64,000 bases of DNA. Origin: Acidaminococcus sp. CAG:917. Its GTDB lineage: Bacteria; Bacillota; Clostridia; Christensenellales; CAG-917. This document shows, piece by piece, positions 1 to 9,232 of this stretch; the first letter of the stretch is position 1; the number at the start of each line of letters is the position of its first letter. Both the position numbers and the translations under genes were made by a program. A model generated the notes under the pieces. The model was not told the origin of the DNA. It did no database searches and worked only from the letters and a program-made list of their open reading frames with translations. The DNA is taken from the NCBI GenBank assembly GCA_000437555.1, contig FR901028.1, positions 128,893-192,892 of the forward strand, read 5' to 3'.

Positions 1-894
1 ATAGCCGACGAAAAAATAGTTGAAGAAGTAAAAAAGCGTATTTCAAAAATCAAAATAGACGGCGTGCCTGACAGCTATTATATAGAGCAATACCTTTCCG
101 AACAAAAGTATTCGCTTTTCAATCAGGTGGGAATATCGGAAAAACCCGACGTCGTTTCGGCAAAACTTTTAGAAGGCAGAGTGGCGGTTATCGTAGACGG
201 TTCTCCGTCCGTTCTGACCGTTCCCTTTTTGCTTTTCGAATCGGTTCAGGATTCATACGACTACTACAGCAACGATTGGCGAGCATCGCTTATAAGAATA
301 TTCAGAATAATAGGTATGGTGCTTACAATTTTTCTGCCCGCCGTATACGTTGCCATGGAAACCTATCACTCTCATTTGCTGCCGTTGAAATTTTTGATAT
401 CCCTTCTCGGCGCAACGAGCGGAATACCCTTTCCGCCGCAGATTGAAATGCTTGTGGTGCTGCTTCTGTTTGAAATACTCAATCAAGCGTCAATTCGTAT
501 GCCGAGATTTTTGGGCATATCCCTTTCTATTGTAGGAGCAATCGTCTTAGGCGATACGGCGGTAAAAGCGGGACTTATTTCCTCTCCTGCCGTGCTTATC
601 ATTGCGCTTTCAAGCATAGGAATATTCTGCGTGCCTCAACATCTGAATTCCGTTTCCACCTTGAGAGTGCTTTTCGTGTGCGTAGCGTCGGTGACGGGGT
701 TATACGGCGTTATAATCGGCGCCATAATAACGATAGGATATCTTGTTTCGATAAACTGCTACGGGACGCCGTTTACCGCACCTTTCGCGCCTATCGTAAA
801 GCCCGACCTCGGCGACGGATTTTTAAAGGCGGAAAACTTTAATCAAACTACCCGCCCCTTTTCCATACCGAATATGAACAGGAGAAGAAAATGA
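1..894 (+). CDS. Spore germination protein, GerA-family A subunit (C-terminal part; 5' end outside the window)
   Basis: Frame 1 is open from nt 1; IADEKIVEEVKKRISKIKIDG precedes the track's M at 64. Contains KPDVVSAKLLEGRVAVIVDGSPSVLTVPFLLFESVQDSYDYY plus C-terminal TM segments typical of GerAA/GerKA. Followed by overlapping B and C subunit genes. Confidence 0.85.
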   Translation: MADEKIVEEVKKRISKIKIDGVPDSYYIEQYLSEQKYSLFNQVGISEKPDVVSAKLLEGRVAVIVDGSPSVLTVPFLLFESVQDSYDYYSNDWRASLIRIFRIIGMVLTIFLPAVYVAMETYHSHLLPLKFLISLLGATSGIPFPPQIEMLVVLLLFEILNQASIRMPRFLGISLSIVGAIVLGDTAVKAGLISSPAVLIIALSSIGIFCVPQHLNSVSTLRVLFVCVASVTGLYGVIIGAIITIGYLVSINCYGTPFTAPFAPIVKPDLGDGFLKAENFNQTTRPFSIPNMNRRRK

Positions 895-1943
895 CTTCAA
901 ACGAGATATTGCCCTCACAAAACGCGATAATGATTTTTTTGACGTCCTTTTTTTTGAAGCTGTCGTCTCTTCCCGCACTGCTTGCCAAAGAGCTTGACAC
1001 TTCCGCTTTTATCGTTATCGTATTTTTCTGCCTTTTCGAGCTTATCCTCTCGGCCGTCGTTTATTTTTTACAGCTTGACGGAGCAAAAGACACTATTGAC
1101 AAATCAAGACTGAAATATCCTCTTTACGCTTTGATGTGTCTTTATTTTTGCGCGAAACTGTTTTTTGCGCTAGGATTTATCGTAAACTTTGTGACAAACT
1201 TTTTGTTTGAATCGATACCTCTTTACGTCGTAATAATAACGTTTATGCTTCCCGTGGTATATTTGGGCTATAAAGGAATTAGGACGATAGGCAGAACAGC
1301 TCAGTTTTTCTTTATAATAACGATTATATGTCTGTTTTTGCTTTTGGCGTTTTTAAAGATAAATCTTGACATGGGCAGACTTATGCCGATATTTTCCAAA
1401 CCTCCGAAAACCGTGTTTGAATCGATGTTCGGATACGGTCTGTGGCTCGGCGACGCTCTCCCCTTGATACTGTGCAAAATCAAAAGACCGAAAAAGTTTT
1501 TGATGCCCCTCTCCTGCGCCGCCTCTTACGGTCTCATTGTCGTAGTGTCGATGATTTCGGCGGCCGCATTCGGCTCGGCGCTTTATATAAATCATAATCT
1601 GTTTGTAAACCTCTCTGTTTTCAATCAGCTCTCAAGCGTGCTGGGTAGACTTCAATATCTCAGTATCATACCTTGGATGGTGGCTTCGATTATCTCAAGC
1701 AGTATTCTGTTTTGGTCGGCGTCAACCTGCGCTCAGACTTTCGTCAAAAACGAGATTGCGGCAAAAGCGGCAGTTGCGCTCATTATCGTTATCGCTTTTT
1801 TAGCCATAGGTCACAGCGACGTGCTTATAGACAATTCCGTGGGATATCTGGGATACGTTATGACGGGCGCCATTGTAGTGATTGCGCTCAGCGTGCTTAT
1901 AATAAACGCCGTAAGGAGAAGAAAAGATGCGAAAACTGTATAA
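891..1943 (+). CDS. Spore germination protein, GerAB-type permease subunit
   Basis: 350-aa polytopic membrane ORF whose start overlaps the upstream stop by 4 nt. Has GerAB-like motifs (SQNAIMIF...LPALLAKE; GIRTIGRTAQFFFI...LMPIF). Confidence 0.75.
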   Translation: MTSNEILPSQNAIMIFLTSFFLKLSSLPALLAKELDTSAFIVIVFFCLFELILSAVVYFLQLDGAKDTIDKSRLKYPLYALMCLYFCAKLFFALGFIVNFVTNFLFESIPLYVVIITFMLPVVYLGYKGIRTIGRTAQFFFIITIICLFLLLAFLKINLDMGRLMPIFSKPPKTVFESMFGYGLWLGDALPLILCKIKRPKKFLMPLSCAASYGLIVVVSMISAAAFGSALYINHNLFVNLSVFNQLSSVLGRLQYLSIIPWMVASIISSSILFWSASTCAQTFVKNEIAAKAAVALIIVIAFLAIGHSDVLIDNSVGYLGYVMTGAIVVIALSVLIINAVRRRKDAKTV

Positions 1944-3051
1944 GGCAAAATGGCTTATAATTTTAATATTTATCGCGCTTTTCACATTTTTGGGCAGAGT
2001 TATAGACAGTTTTTCCGTATCTCAGCTCACCGTTGCCGTCATTATAGGAATAGATTGCGACGAAAGCGAATATTCCGTAACGGCACAGACTGTTTCGGCA
2101 AGCGGTCAAAGTTCGGGCGAAAGCAACATAACTTACGTCACCATGACGTCTAAGGGCAAAACGGTTTCCGACGCCCTTACCTCACTTAGCAAAAAAGCCG
2201 GAGGATTTCTGTCGCTTGCGCATTGCAACGTGGTAGTTATGAGCAAAAACGCTCTGCTTAAAAATCCCGACGCCGTTTTGCTGAGCCTTGTCAATTCGCA
2301 TATGCTTCCGCTTAACGCTGTAATTATTTCCGCCGAAGGCTCGCCCGCCGATATCATCGGTGCCAAAATTCCGACAGGCGGTTCGGCGGCGTTGTATCTT
2401 CAGTCACTCACGCTTACCGAGGAAAAAAACTCAATAACGAAAAATAAGCTCAACGAATTTTTGACCGACTACACTTCTAAATCCGCTACAAGCTTTTTCG
2501 CACTTTCAAAAAAAGAAGAAATTCCCGACGACTCTGTCATATCGCCGTCTCCGACAGAGAACGGGGCAACTTTAAACCTTGACTCAAATCTTGTAATAAC
2601 GGCGGACGGCAAAGCGCTCGTTTTGGACGCCGATACGTCTAAAGGCGCAAATCTTATAAAGACGAAACTCAAATACGTTTCGTTTACCCTCGACTTTAAA
2701 GGTTTGCCGCTCACCTATGAGCTATTGCAATCGGAATGTAAAATAGAATACGAAAACAAAAAGGCAACCGCTTCGCTAAAGGCGTCGATTGCAATTAAGG
2801 AAGTGCATTCGGAAAAATTCAGCGAGTATCTGCTCGACCCCGATTTTAAAATCGCTCTGAAGGCAGAAATAGAAAAGCAACTCAAAGAATATATGCAAAA
2901 CGCTTTTGAAGTATCAAAAACAAACGACGTCGACTTTTTGATGCTGAAAAATAAAGCCTATCAAAGGGAAGGCTTAAATTTTAAAGACGAAAACTTTTTA
3001 AATTCAATTACCTTTTCTCCCTCTGTGGATTTAAAACTCGCAATGAGCTGA
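1927..3051 (+). CDS. Spore germination protein, Ger(x)C-type subunit (no lipobox seen)
   Basis: 374-aa ORF overlapping the B subunit by 17 nt. N-terminal hydrophobic segment, then an AVIIGID motif typical of GerAC. Third gene of the tricistronic receptor operon. Confidence 0.7.
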   Translation: MRKLYKAKWLIILIFIALFTFLGRVIDSFSVSQLTVAVIIGIDCDESEYSVTAQTVSASGQSSGESNITYVTMTSKGKTVSDALTSLSKKAGGFLSLAHCNVVVMSKNALLKNPDAVLLSLVNSHMLPLNAVIISAEGSPADIIGAKIPTGGSAALYLQSLTLTEEKNSITKNKLNEFLTDYTSKSATSFFALSKKEEIPDDSVISPSPTENGATLNLDSNLVITADGKALVLDADTSKGANLIKTKLKYVSFTLDFKGLPLTYELLQSECKIEYENKKATASLKASIAIKEVHSEKFSEYLLDPDFKIALKAEIEKQLKEYMQNAFEVSKTNDVDFLMLKNKAYQREGLNFKDENFLNSITFSPSVDLKLAMS

Positions 3052-3182
3052 CGGACAATATAAACCTGCGGCAATACATGCCGTCTGTAAAACAGGATAA
3101 AAAGGGCGACTGCGGCGCGCGCCCTTTTGGTTTGAAGTATTTTAAATTGCTGAAAATGCCTTCTGTGCATTTACCTTTCTCT

Positions 3183-3509
3183 TTACCGCCTGCGATTTGA
3201 CAAAAGCATTATGTATAAAAGCATAGACGGCAGAGCAAAGGACCTTCTTTCAATAGTGGGAACGTTTTCAGCGCTTTCGTCTGTCGACGAGTTATCCGCA
3301 GAGCCGTTAGAATCGGGCGTTTGCGTCTCGCCGCTATCCGAAACGACAGCCTTTGTGCCGTCAGAATTATTTTGAGCAAAGTCCGACTTTAAACCGCTCA
3401 GATTCGCCCTTTCGATTTCGGAGTTTAACGCTTTTACTTGTTGCTTTATTTTTTCATACTCTAACGCCATTTTTTCCATAGTCGCTTCATCGGGTAATAA
3501 AAAATCCAT
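3183..3509 (-). CDS. Hypothetical protein: coiled-coil N-terminus, acidic S/T/D-rich linker, C-terminal hydrophobic tail
   Basis: 108-aa ORF with a strong RBS (ACGGAGGCTAAAT before the ATG). No family recognised. Confidence 0.6.
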   Translation of the reverse strand: MDFLLPDEATMEKMALEYEKIKQQVKALNSEIERANLSGLKSDFAQNNSDGTKAVVSDSGETQTPDSNGSADNSSTDESAENVPTIERRSFALPSMLLYIMLLSNRRR

Positions 3510-3585
3510 ATTTAGCCTCCGTTTATAATATTCGCATAAGGCTTTTTTCGTGAAAAAAATAAAAAATAGTTAAATGCGGTATAAA

Positions 3586-3614
3586 TTGACTATATCGAAC
3601 CGTTGTTGTATAAT
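3586..3614 (+). promoter_or_regulatory. Sigma-A-type promoter TTGACT-17-TATAAT abutting ATG 3622
   Basis: -35 at 3586-3591 and -10 at 3609-3614, then 7 nt to ATG 3622. No Shine-Dalgarno in between. Confidence 0.55.
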
Positions 3615-3621
3615 TTTTGAT

Positions 3622-5277
3622 ATGGAACACAAATTTATGACTCCCATTCAAATGTGGGAGGGATACAATCCCGTCAAAGATCCGCTTGAAACCTACATTC
3701 AGAAGTGTAACGTTTTAAACGATATTGCCGAAACGGAAATGTATTTTACCGCAGAATCGTTAAAGGACGGTAAGATAAGAGTTTACTCTAAAATGTTTGC
3801 CCATAAAGATTGGGACACGTCGCACCCTGCCGTTCTGTTTTTAAGCGACCTAAACGCGAGCTCGAACTACGTTGAAATTTCCGAGATGCTCGTCGAACAG
3901 GGATACGTAGTTTTTGTTGTCGATTATGCAGGCTTTATGCCCGACGTGGAAAATCCCACGTCCTTTCCCGACTCGCTCAAATACGCCTCTTTTGAGGAGG
4001 CGAAACACAACCTCAAATATATGGGAGAGAGCGCAAGGCAAACGCCCTGGTTTGTTTGGGCAAAAATTGCAAGGCGTGCCATAACTTTAATGGAAGAGCA
4101 AAAGATAATCGACAACGAAAAAATAAACGTCGTCGGTTTTATCCACGGAGCGCAGCTTGCCTGGATAGTCGCCGCTATGGACGGACGGGTTAATGCCGCC
4201 GTCCCCGTCATGGGCTGCGGTCACAATAACTACGGCGCAAAGGAAGTCTCTCTCCTTGAATCGGAAGAGGAATGTTGCTGGGTATCGGGTATTTGTCCGG
4301 AAACATACGCAAGATTTGTGGGTTGCCCGATTTTATATGCCACAAGCACAAACAGCCTGTTTGCCAATCTTGACAAAGCGGGTGAAATTATGGCGAGCGT
4401 TCCGTCAAAAAATAAGTGTCTGGTTGTAGCTCCCAGGACAAATTATCAGCTTACGAAAGAATCGCTTGACAGTATTTTGCTTTGGGCAAACAGTGCTTTT
4501 AAGGGAGAGTGTCTTTCTCTTCCCTCACCTAAAGCTTCCTTCAAAATTTCTGACGGCAGACTTTTATATTCTCTCGATACAGAGCTCGAACCTGCCGAAA
4601 TCGAAACGTTTATCTCTTTTGACAACGTTCTTCCTCCTATCCGCGACTGGTTTACCCTTCCCAATCCTTACGTCGGACAAAAGGTAAATTATATCGTCAC
4701 TCCCTATGACAATACGGAAAAGATTTTCGCCTTTTCCAACGTAAAATATAAAAACGGACTTATGGTTTCCACCTCTCCCGTATTTATATCGAAAAAGGAA
4801 TTCGAAGACGTTGAAAAAGCCCCCGCGGTCGTCGAAAACAACCGCATAGTTTATACCAACAAATCGGGGCTGGGCAGTTTTTCCATTGAGTCGTATTCTC
4901 TGATTGTAGACGATGCACAGTTAAAACTTAAAACAGGGCCTTTCGGAATAAAGGGCGTTTCGGCGGAAAGCGGATATCTTAGAACTAACAAACTGACGAA
5001 ATCAAAATTCGCTGCCGAAAAAAACAGCATATTAAAAATAGACTTTTATTCCAAAGAACCGAGAGATATAAGAATTCAGCTTTTTTCGTTTAACACTAAC
5101 AAAGCCTACGTCGCAAAGTGCTTTTTAAAAGGCGGAGAGAGATGGCAAAAAGTTTTGCTCACCCCGCAGGATTTTAAATCGGACGACGGCAAGCCCTTGA
5201 CTTTGTTTTCCGATACGCAAATAACTTTGTTCAAAAACGTGGCTTCGGTTATAATTAACAATATCATTTGGATATAA
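3622..5277 (+). CDS. Alpha/beta-hydrolase-like protein with C-terminal beta-rich domain (function unknown)
   Basis: The track ORF starts at 3574, but the promoter lies inside that extension, so ATG 3622 (MEHKFMTPIQMWEGY) is preferred. Central segment resembles the dienelactone-hydrolase/AXE1 fold (VVGFIHGAQLAWIVAA). The C-terminus ends ...VIINNIIWI. Confidence 0.6.
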   Translation: MEHKFMTPIQMWEGYNPVKDPLETYIQKCNVLNDIAETEMYFTAESLKDGKIRVYSKMFAHKDWDTSHPAVLFLSDLNASSNYVEISEMLVEQGYVVFVVDYAGFMPDVENPTSFPDSLKYASFEEAKHNLKYMGESARQTPWFVWAKIARRAITLMEEQKIIDNEKINVVGFIHGAQLAWIVAAMDGRVNAAVPVMGCGHNNYGAKEVSLLESEEECCWVSGICPETYARFVGCPILYATSTNSLFANLDKAGEIMASVPSKNKCLVVAPRTNYQLTKESLDSILLWANSAFKGECLSLPSPKASFKISDGRLLYSLDTELEPAEIETFISFDNVLPPIRDWFTLPNPYVGQKVNYIVTPYDNTEKIFAFSNVKYKNGLMVSTSPVFISKKEFEDVEKAPAVVENNRIVYTNKSGLGSFSIESYSLIVDDAQLKLKTGPFGIKGVSAESGYLRTNKLTKSKFAAEKNSILKIDFYSKEPRDIRIQLFSFNTNKAYVAKCFLKGGERWQKVLLTPQDFKSDDGKPLTLFSDTQITLFKNVASVIINNIIWI

Positions 5278-5284
5278 TTATCTT

Positions 5285-5920
5285 ATGGACGAATTCAAGC
5301 ATGACAACCTGCCGCAAAACCTCGACTTAGAAGATTTTTCGCAAAACGGTTCCGCTTCCGGCAAAAAGAAAAAAACGGCGGCCGTTTTAACGGCAATCGG
5401 ACTTTCCGTTCTGGTTGCCGTCATTGTCGCGATAATTGTTATAGCGGTTGTATGCGACACTTTCGTTGTGGACGGGTCAAGCATGTATCCCACGCTTTAC
5501 GGCGGAAAAGACAACGTATATACCGACGGCGATAAAGTAGTGGTAAACAAATATAAAACTCCCGACGTCGGCGACATAGTTGTAGTTCACCCCAAAGGGC
5601 AATCTACAATGATAAAAAGGGTTGTCGCCGTAGCAGGCGACACCGTTAAAGTCGTGGGCGGAGTGCTTTACGTTAACGGCGCAAAGGCGGATACGTCTTA
5701 TTTGAGCGATAAAAATAAACTTATGTATGCTTCCTATCCCGACACGCTTCTGGATATGGCGGAATTTACCGTAAAGCAAGGTCATATCTGGGTTTTAGGC
5801 GACAACCGACTCGTCTCGCACGATAGCCGCGACCCGAAGATTGGTCAGGTTTCGCTCGATGAAGTTTTGGGCACCGTGTTTTTGATTATTACCGAGGATA
5901 AAAAACTAAATTGGATTTAA
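5285..5920 (+). CDS. lepB: Signal peptidase I
   Basis: N-terminal TM segment. Catalytic Ser box GSSMYPTL, Lys box MIKRVVAVAGDTV, and GDNRLVSHDSR. Confidence 0.9.
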   Translation: MDEFKHDNLPQNLDLEDFSQNGSASGKKKKTAAVLTAIGLSVLVAVIVAIIVIAVVCDTFVVDGSSMYPTLYGGKDNVYTDGDKVVVNKYKTPDVGDIVVVHPKGQSTMIKRVVAVAGDTVKVVGGVLYVNGAKADTSYLSDKNKLMYASYPDTLLDMAEFTVKQGHIWVLGDNRLVSHDSRDPKIGQVSLDEVLGTVFLIITEDKKLNWI

Positions 5921-6320
5921 CTAAAAGTTAAATCCTTTTTTTTTCCGTTCTTTTTATTCGGTTTTATAGCTGTCAGCTTATTTTCGGAAATAATCGTTTT
6001 TATATTTACATTTACTTATTATTTTGGCTTTACTTTTGTTAAACAAAGCTTTCCTTATTTTCTGACTGTATATTCTTGCGTTAGCTTTCTATTCTGTTTT
6101 TATTCTTAAGCTTCTTACCCGCTGTCTTTATTTTTTTACCCTCCCTTTCCTTCGCTTTTATTCTATTGCCCTTCCCTTACGCTTTCTTATTTGCCATTTT
6201 TTCTTTTAATGCTACGATGCTCACCTTTTTCTTTTTTTCAGTTTCCTTTTTCATTTTCGTCAACAAGCAAGACAATGTCGGAGTATCCTTAAAAAATATT
6301 TTTATTTTTTTAAAAAAAGC

Positions 6321-6349
6321 TTGACTTTTGTTTGACTTGGTTGTATATT
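6321..6349 (+). promoter_or_regulatory. Candidate promoter TTGACT-17-TATATT for the Fur-family/rubrerythrin operon
   Basis: -35 at 6321-6326 (a second TTGACT lies at 6332-6337) and -10 at 6344-6349. An AT-rich imperfect inverted repeat ATTATtatcaATAAT sits between the -10 and the ATG. Confidence 0.45.
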
Positions 6350-6372
6350 GCTAATAGGAATTATTATCAATA

Positions 6373-6756
6373 ATGAGAAATACGAAACAAAAGGAAATTA
6401 TATATAAATCGGTCACTACAAGGTGCGACCACCCGACGGCGGAAATGGTATACTCCGAGGTCAAAGGCGTTTTACCTCAGATAAGCCTTGCCACCGTCTA
6501 CCGCAATCTTTCGCAGCTTGCCGAGCAAGGCAAGATAAAGAGGATTGCCGTGCCGTCCGCCCCCGACCGTTTCGATAAAACTATAAGCGAACATTCGCAC
6601 TTTTTCTGCTCTGAGTGCAATTCCGTTTTTGACCTCGATTTTGAGGAAGTGGATTCCTTCGTCAAATCGACGGCAAAAAATCACGATTGCAGAATAGACA
6701 AAATTGACATATTGTTTGCAGGTAAATGCAAAGAATGTATAAACAAACACAATTAA
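6373..6756 (+). CDS. Fur-family transcriptional regulator (PerR-like by context)
   Basis: 127 aa. N-terminal winged helix (RNTKQKEIIYKSV...HPTAEMVY...ISLATVYRNL). C-terminal CxxC...CxxC (FCSECN...CKEC). Directly upstream of rubrerythrin. Confidence 0.85.
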   Translation: MRNTKQKEIIYKSVTTRCDHPTAEMVYSEVKGVLPQISLATVYRNLSQLAEQGKIKRIAVPSAPDRFDKTISEHSHFFCSECNSVFDLDFEEVDSFVKSTAKNHDCRIDKIDILFAGKCKECINKHN

Positions 6757-6777
6757 ATTTAAAAGGAGAAAACTAAA

Positions 6778-7320
6778 ATGGCAAAATTCGTATGTTCGGT
6801 ATGCGGTTACGTTTATGAAGGAGACGAGGCTCCGGCAAGCTGCCCTCAGTGCAAAGCCCCCAAAGAAAAATTCGTAAAACAAGAAGGTGAAATGTCCTGG
6901 GCGGCAGAACACGTCGTCGGCGTCGCAAAGGGCGCAAGAGAAGATATAATCAAAGACCTCAAAGCAAACTTTGACGGCGAATGCTGCGAAGTCGGTATGT
7001 ATCTCGCCATGGCAAGAGTCGCTCACCGCGAAGGTTATCCCGAAATAGGTCTTTATTGGGAAAAGGCGGCTTTTGAAGAAGCTGAACATGCCGCTAAATT
7101 TGCGGAACTTTTGGGCGAAGTTATCACCGATTCCACAAAGAAAAACCTTGAAATGAGAATCGAGGCGGAAAACGGCGCGACGATGGGCAAAACCGACCTT
7201 GCAAAGAGAGCAAAAGAACTCGGACTTGACGCTATCCACGACACCGTTCACGAGATGGCTCGCGACGAGGCTCGCCACGGAAAAGCTTTCCAGGGATTAT
7301 ATAACAGATATTTCAAATAA
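6778..7320 (+). CDS. rbr: Rubrerythrin, reverse domain order (N-terminal rubredoxin-like, C-terminal diiron four-helix bundle)
   Basis: [10 protein letters not shown]...[11 protein letters not shown] at the N-terminus, then ferritin-like EVGMY...EEAEHA...ENGA...EARH motifs. Strong RBS AAAAGGAGAA. Confidence 0.9.
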   Translation: MAKFVCSVCGYVYEGDEAPASCPQCKAPKEKFVKQEGEMSWAAEHVVGVAKGAREDIIKDLKANFDGECCEVGMYLAMARVAHREGYPEIGLYWEKAAFEEAEHAAKFAELLGEVITDSTKKNLEMRIEAENGATMGKTDLAKRAKELGLDAIHDTVHEMARDEARHGKAFQGLYNRYFK

Positions 7321-7349
7321 CATAATACAAATTTTCCTTCTATGAAAAA

Positions 7350-7378
7350 GAGGAGCCTTTTGGCTCCTCTTTTTTTTA
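7350..7378 (+). terminator. Rho-independent terminator after rubrerythrin
   Basis: GAGGAGCC-tttt-GGCTCCTC stem followed by a T9 run. Confidence 0.8.
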
Positions 7379-7494
7379 AGGAATTTAATTTAAACGATTT
7401 AATTTTTATTTTACTTTTAACTTTGGCATAACGTTTTTGACCGCGTTTTTGATTTTAGTTTAAAAGGCTATGATATAACTTTTTTCGGTTGAAT

Positions 7495-8928
7495 TTATTT
7501 TTCTTTATTTTCGCCCGACGGCGTATCGGACGTAGCGTCCGACGCGTTGCCCGTTGATGAAAAGCTGTCGAAATTCCTCTCGTAAACGGTAGTATGTTCT
7601 CCCGTCTTGTTTATAATCATCTCGTTTTCTATTTTATCGGGTGAAAGTATATCCTCGCTGTGGTCCTCGCTGCTGTCCTGTCCCGTCGACAACGCAATCT
7701 CCCCCGAACCGTCAAGAAACTGCGCCTCACTCTTTCTCGTCTTACCGTAAAGCAGTTTTAAAAAGAGCGGTGTAAGTAGCGAGGTTGCGATAATGAGTAT
7801 CAAGACAAACGGCATAATGGCAGGGTCTATCATATTATAGTCTATACCCTTTTGTGCGCACACCAAAACAACTTCCGCCCTGCCCATCATTGCCACTCCG
7901 ATGACAAGAGAATCTTTTGCTTTATACTTACAAATAAGCGCGCCTGTTCCGCAGCCTATGACTTTGCCCAACATACCCGCAATCACATAGCATACGCCGA
8001 ACAGCGCAATCGTCGCCGTTATTCCGCTAAAGTCTGTGTTTATTCCTATATTCGCAAAAAATACGGGGGCAAATATAAGGTAAGAGCTTATATCCGTTTT
8101 TCGGTCGACATATGGAGACTCGCTCAAGCCGGAGAGCATAAGCCCCGCCATAAACGCGCCTGTTATATCGGCCACTCCGAACCACTTTTCTGCGGCATAA
8201 GCATAGAAAAAGCAAACGGCAAACGACCAGATTGCCACTCTGCGGTTATGCGGATAACGGCGTTCGAGTTTTTTGAAAAGCCATCTGAACAAAAGTCCTA
8301 TTCCCACGGCGGCGACGAAAAACAGCACGGTATACAAAATCACCATACCCGTGGAAGACCCGCCGTCTCCCTGCGACAAACCGATGACGAGCGACAAAAG
8401 TATGACGCCTATGATATCGTCGAGAATCGCCGCGGAAACGATTGCCGTTCCCACTTTGGTCTGAAGCTTGCCCAACTCTTTGAGCGTTGCCACAGTTACC
8501 GAAACCGACGTTGCGGTGAGAATAACTCCGTAAAACAAATTTGTATAGATTGTCTCTTCCGACCAATCTGCAAATCCACCGTTGAAACCGCAGGAGACGA
8601 CAAAGCCCAAGCCCATAGGGACGATAACTCCGAGCATCGTTATTACGGTAGCCGAAAATCCGGTGGCTTTAACTTGTTTGATGTCCGTGCCGAGTCCTGC
8701 GCTGAACATAATGAGCACTACGCCGATTTTTGCAAGGAAAGAAAGTCCCTCGAGCGTAAAAGAAGTGAATATCTGTTGTCCGGGAATAAGCTTTATAAGT
8801 CCGAGCAATATGCCCACGATAAGCATTCCGACAACCTGCGGCAAGCCTATCCTTTTGCTTCCGATGCTCAATAATTTGGAAAAAAACAGTATCATTGCAA
8901 GAGGCAATAAAATCGTAAAGTATTCCAT
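7495..8928 (-). CDS. Cation:proton antiporter (CPA2/Kef-NapA type)
   Basis: 477 aa with about 12 TM segments and a hydrophilic C-terminal tail. RBS AAGGAGG. Recognised at family level only. Confidence 0.85.
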   Translation of the reverse strand: MEYFTILLPLAMILFFSKLLSIGSKRIGLPQVVGMLIVGILLGLIKLIPGQQIFTSFTLEGLSFLAKIGVVLIMFSAGLGTDIKQVKATGFSATVITMLGVIVPMGLGFVVSCGFNGGFADWSEETIYTNLFYGVILTATSVSVTVATLKELGKLQTKVGTAIVSAAILDDIIGVILLSLVIGLSQGDGGSSTGMVILYTVLFFVAAVGIGLLFRWLFKKLERRYPHNRRVAIWSFAVCFFYAYAAEKWFGVADITGAFMAGLMLSGLSESPYVDRKTDISSYLIFAPVFFANIGINTDFSGITATIALFGVCYVIAGMLGKVIGCGTGALICKYKAKDSLVIGVAMMGRAEVVLVCAQKGIDYNMIDPAIMPFVLILIIATSLLTPLFLKLLYGKTRKSEAQFLDGSGEIALSTGQDSSEDHSEDILSPDKIENEMIINKTGEHTTVYERNFDSFSSTGNASDATSDTPSGENKEK

Positions 8929-9192
8929 ATCGTCTGTCCTCCTTGATTATCTCGCAATTTGCAATAGTTATAGCACACTATTAAATGCCTGTCAAATTAA
9001 TATTTAAACAAAAATTTATTTTTTTCGTGTAAAATTTTACCTGAATTTAAAATAATAACACGCTTTCAGATTTGATTTTGACAGTTTTGCCGTCTTTTTT
9101 TCTTTAATATATTTACGCTAAGTGTATAAATTTTGCGATAAACAGCCACAAATATCAGGAAAATAAAAAAAGGCAATAAATATATAAAACGG

Positions 9193-9221
9193 TTGCAAAA
9201 AAAACAGTTATGCTATATAAT
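9193..9221 (+). promoter_or_regulatory. Promoter TTGCAA-17-TATAAT for the stand-alone tRNA-Gln
   Basis: -35 at 9193-9198 and -10 at 9216-9221. The tRNA 5' end lies 12 nt downstream. Confidence 0.6.
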
Positions 9222-9232
9222 GCTTTTTGCGG

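Noticed and set aside
3574-3621. Track start codon 3574 for the hydrolase-like ORF
   Set aside because: A consensus TTGACT-17-TATAAT promoter lies inside this extension, and the encoded MRYKLTISNRCCIIFD segment is not protein-like.
6351-6372. Possible PerR/Fur operator ATTATtatcaATAAT between the -10 and the ATG of the Fur-family gene
   Set aside because: It is only a 5-bp inverted repeat in AT-rich DNA and does not fit the 7-1-7 TTATAATnATTATAA consensus. It is mentioned under the promoter feature but not called.
6472-7278. 268-aa minus-strand ORF spanning the Fur-family and rubrerythrin genes
   Set aside because: It is antisense to two well-supported genes. It has low-complexity F/C/R-rich composition and no RBS, so it is a typical shadow ORF.
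7852-8874. 340-aa plus-strand ORF inside the antiporter gene
   Set aside because: It is an antisense shadow of a 12-TM transporter gene. It has an R/H/S-rich, non-protein-like composition.
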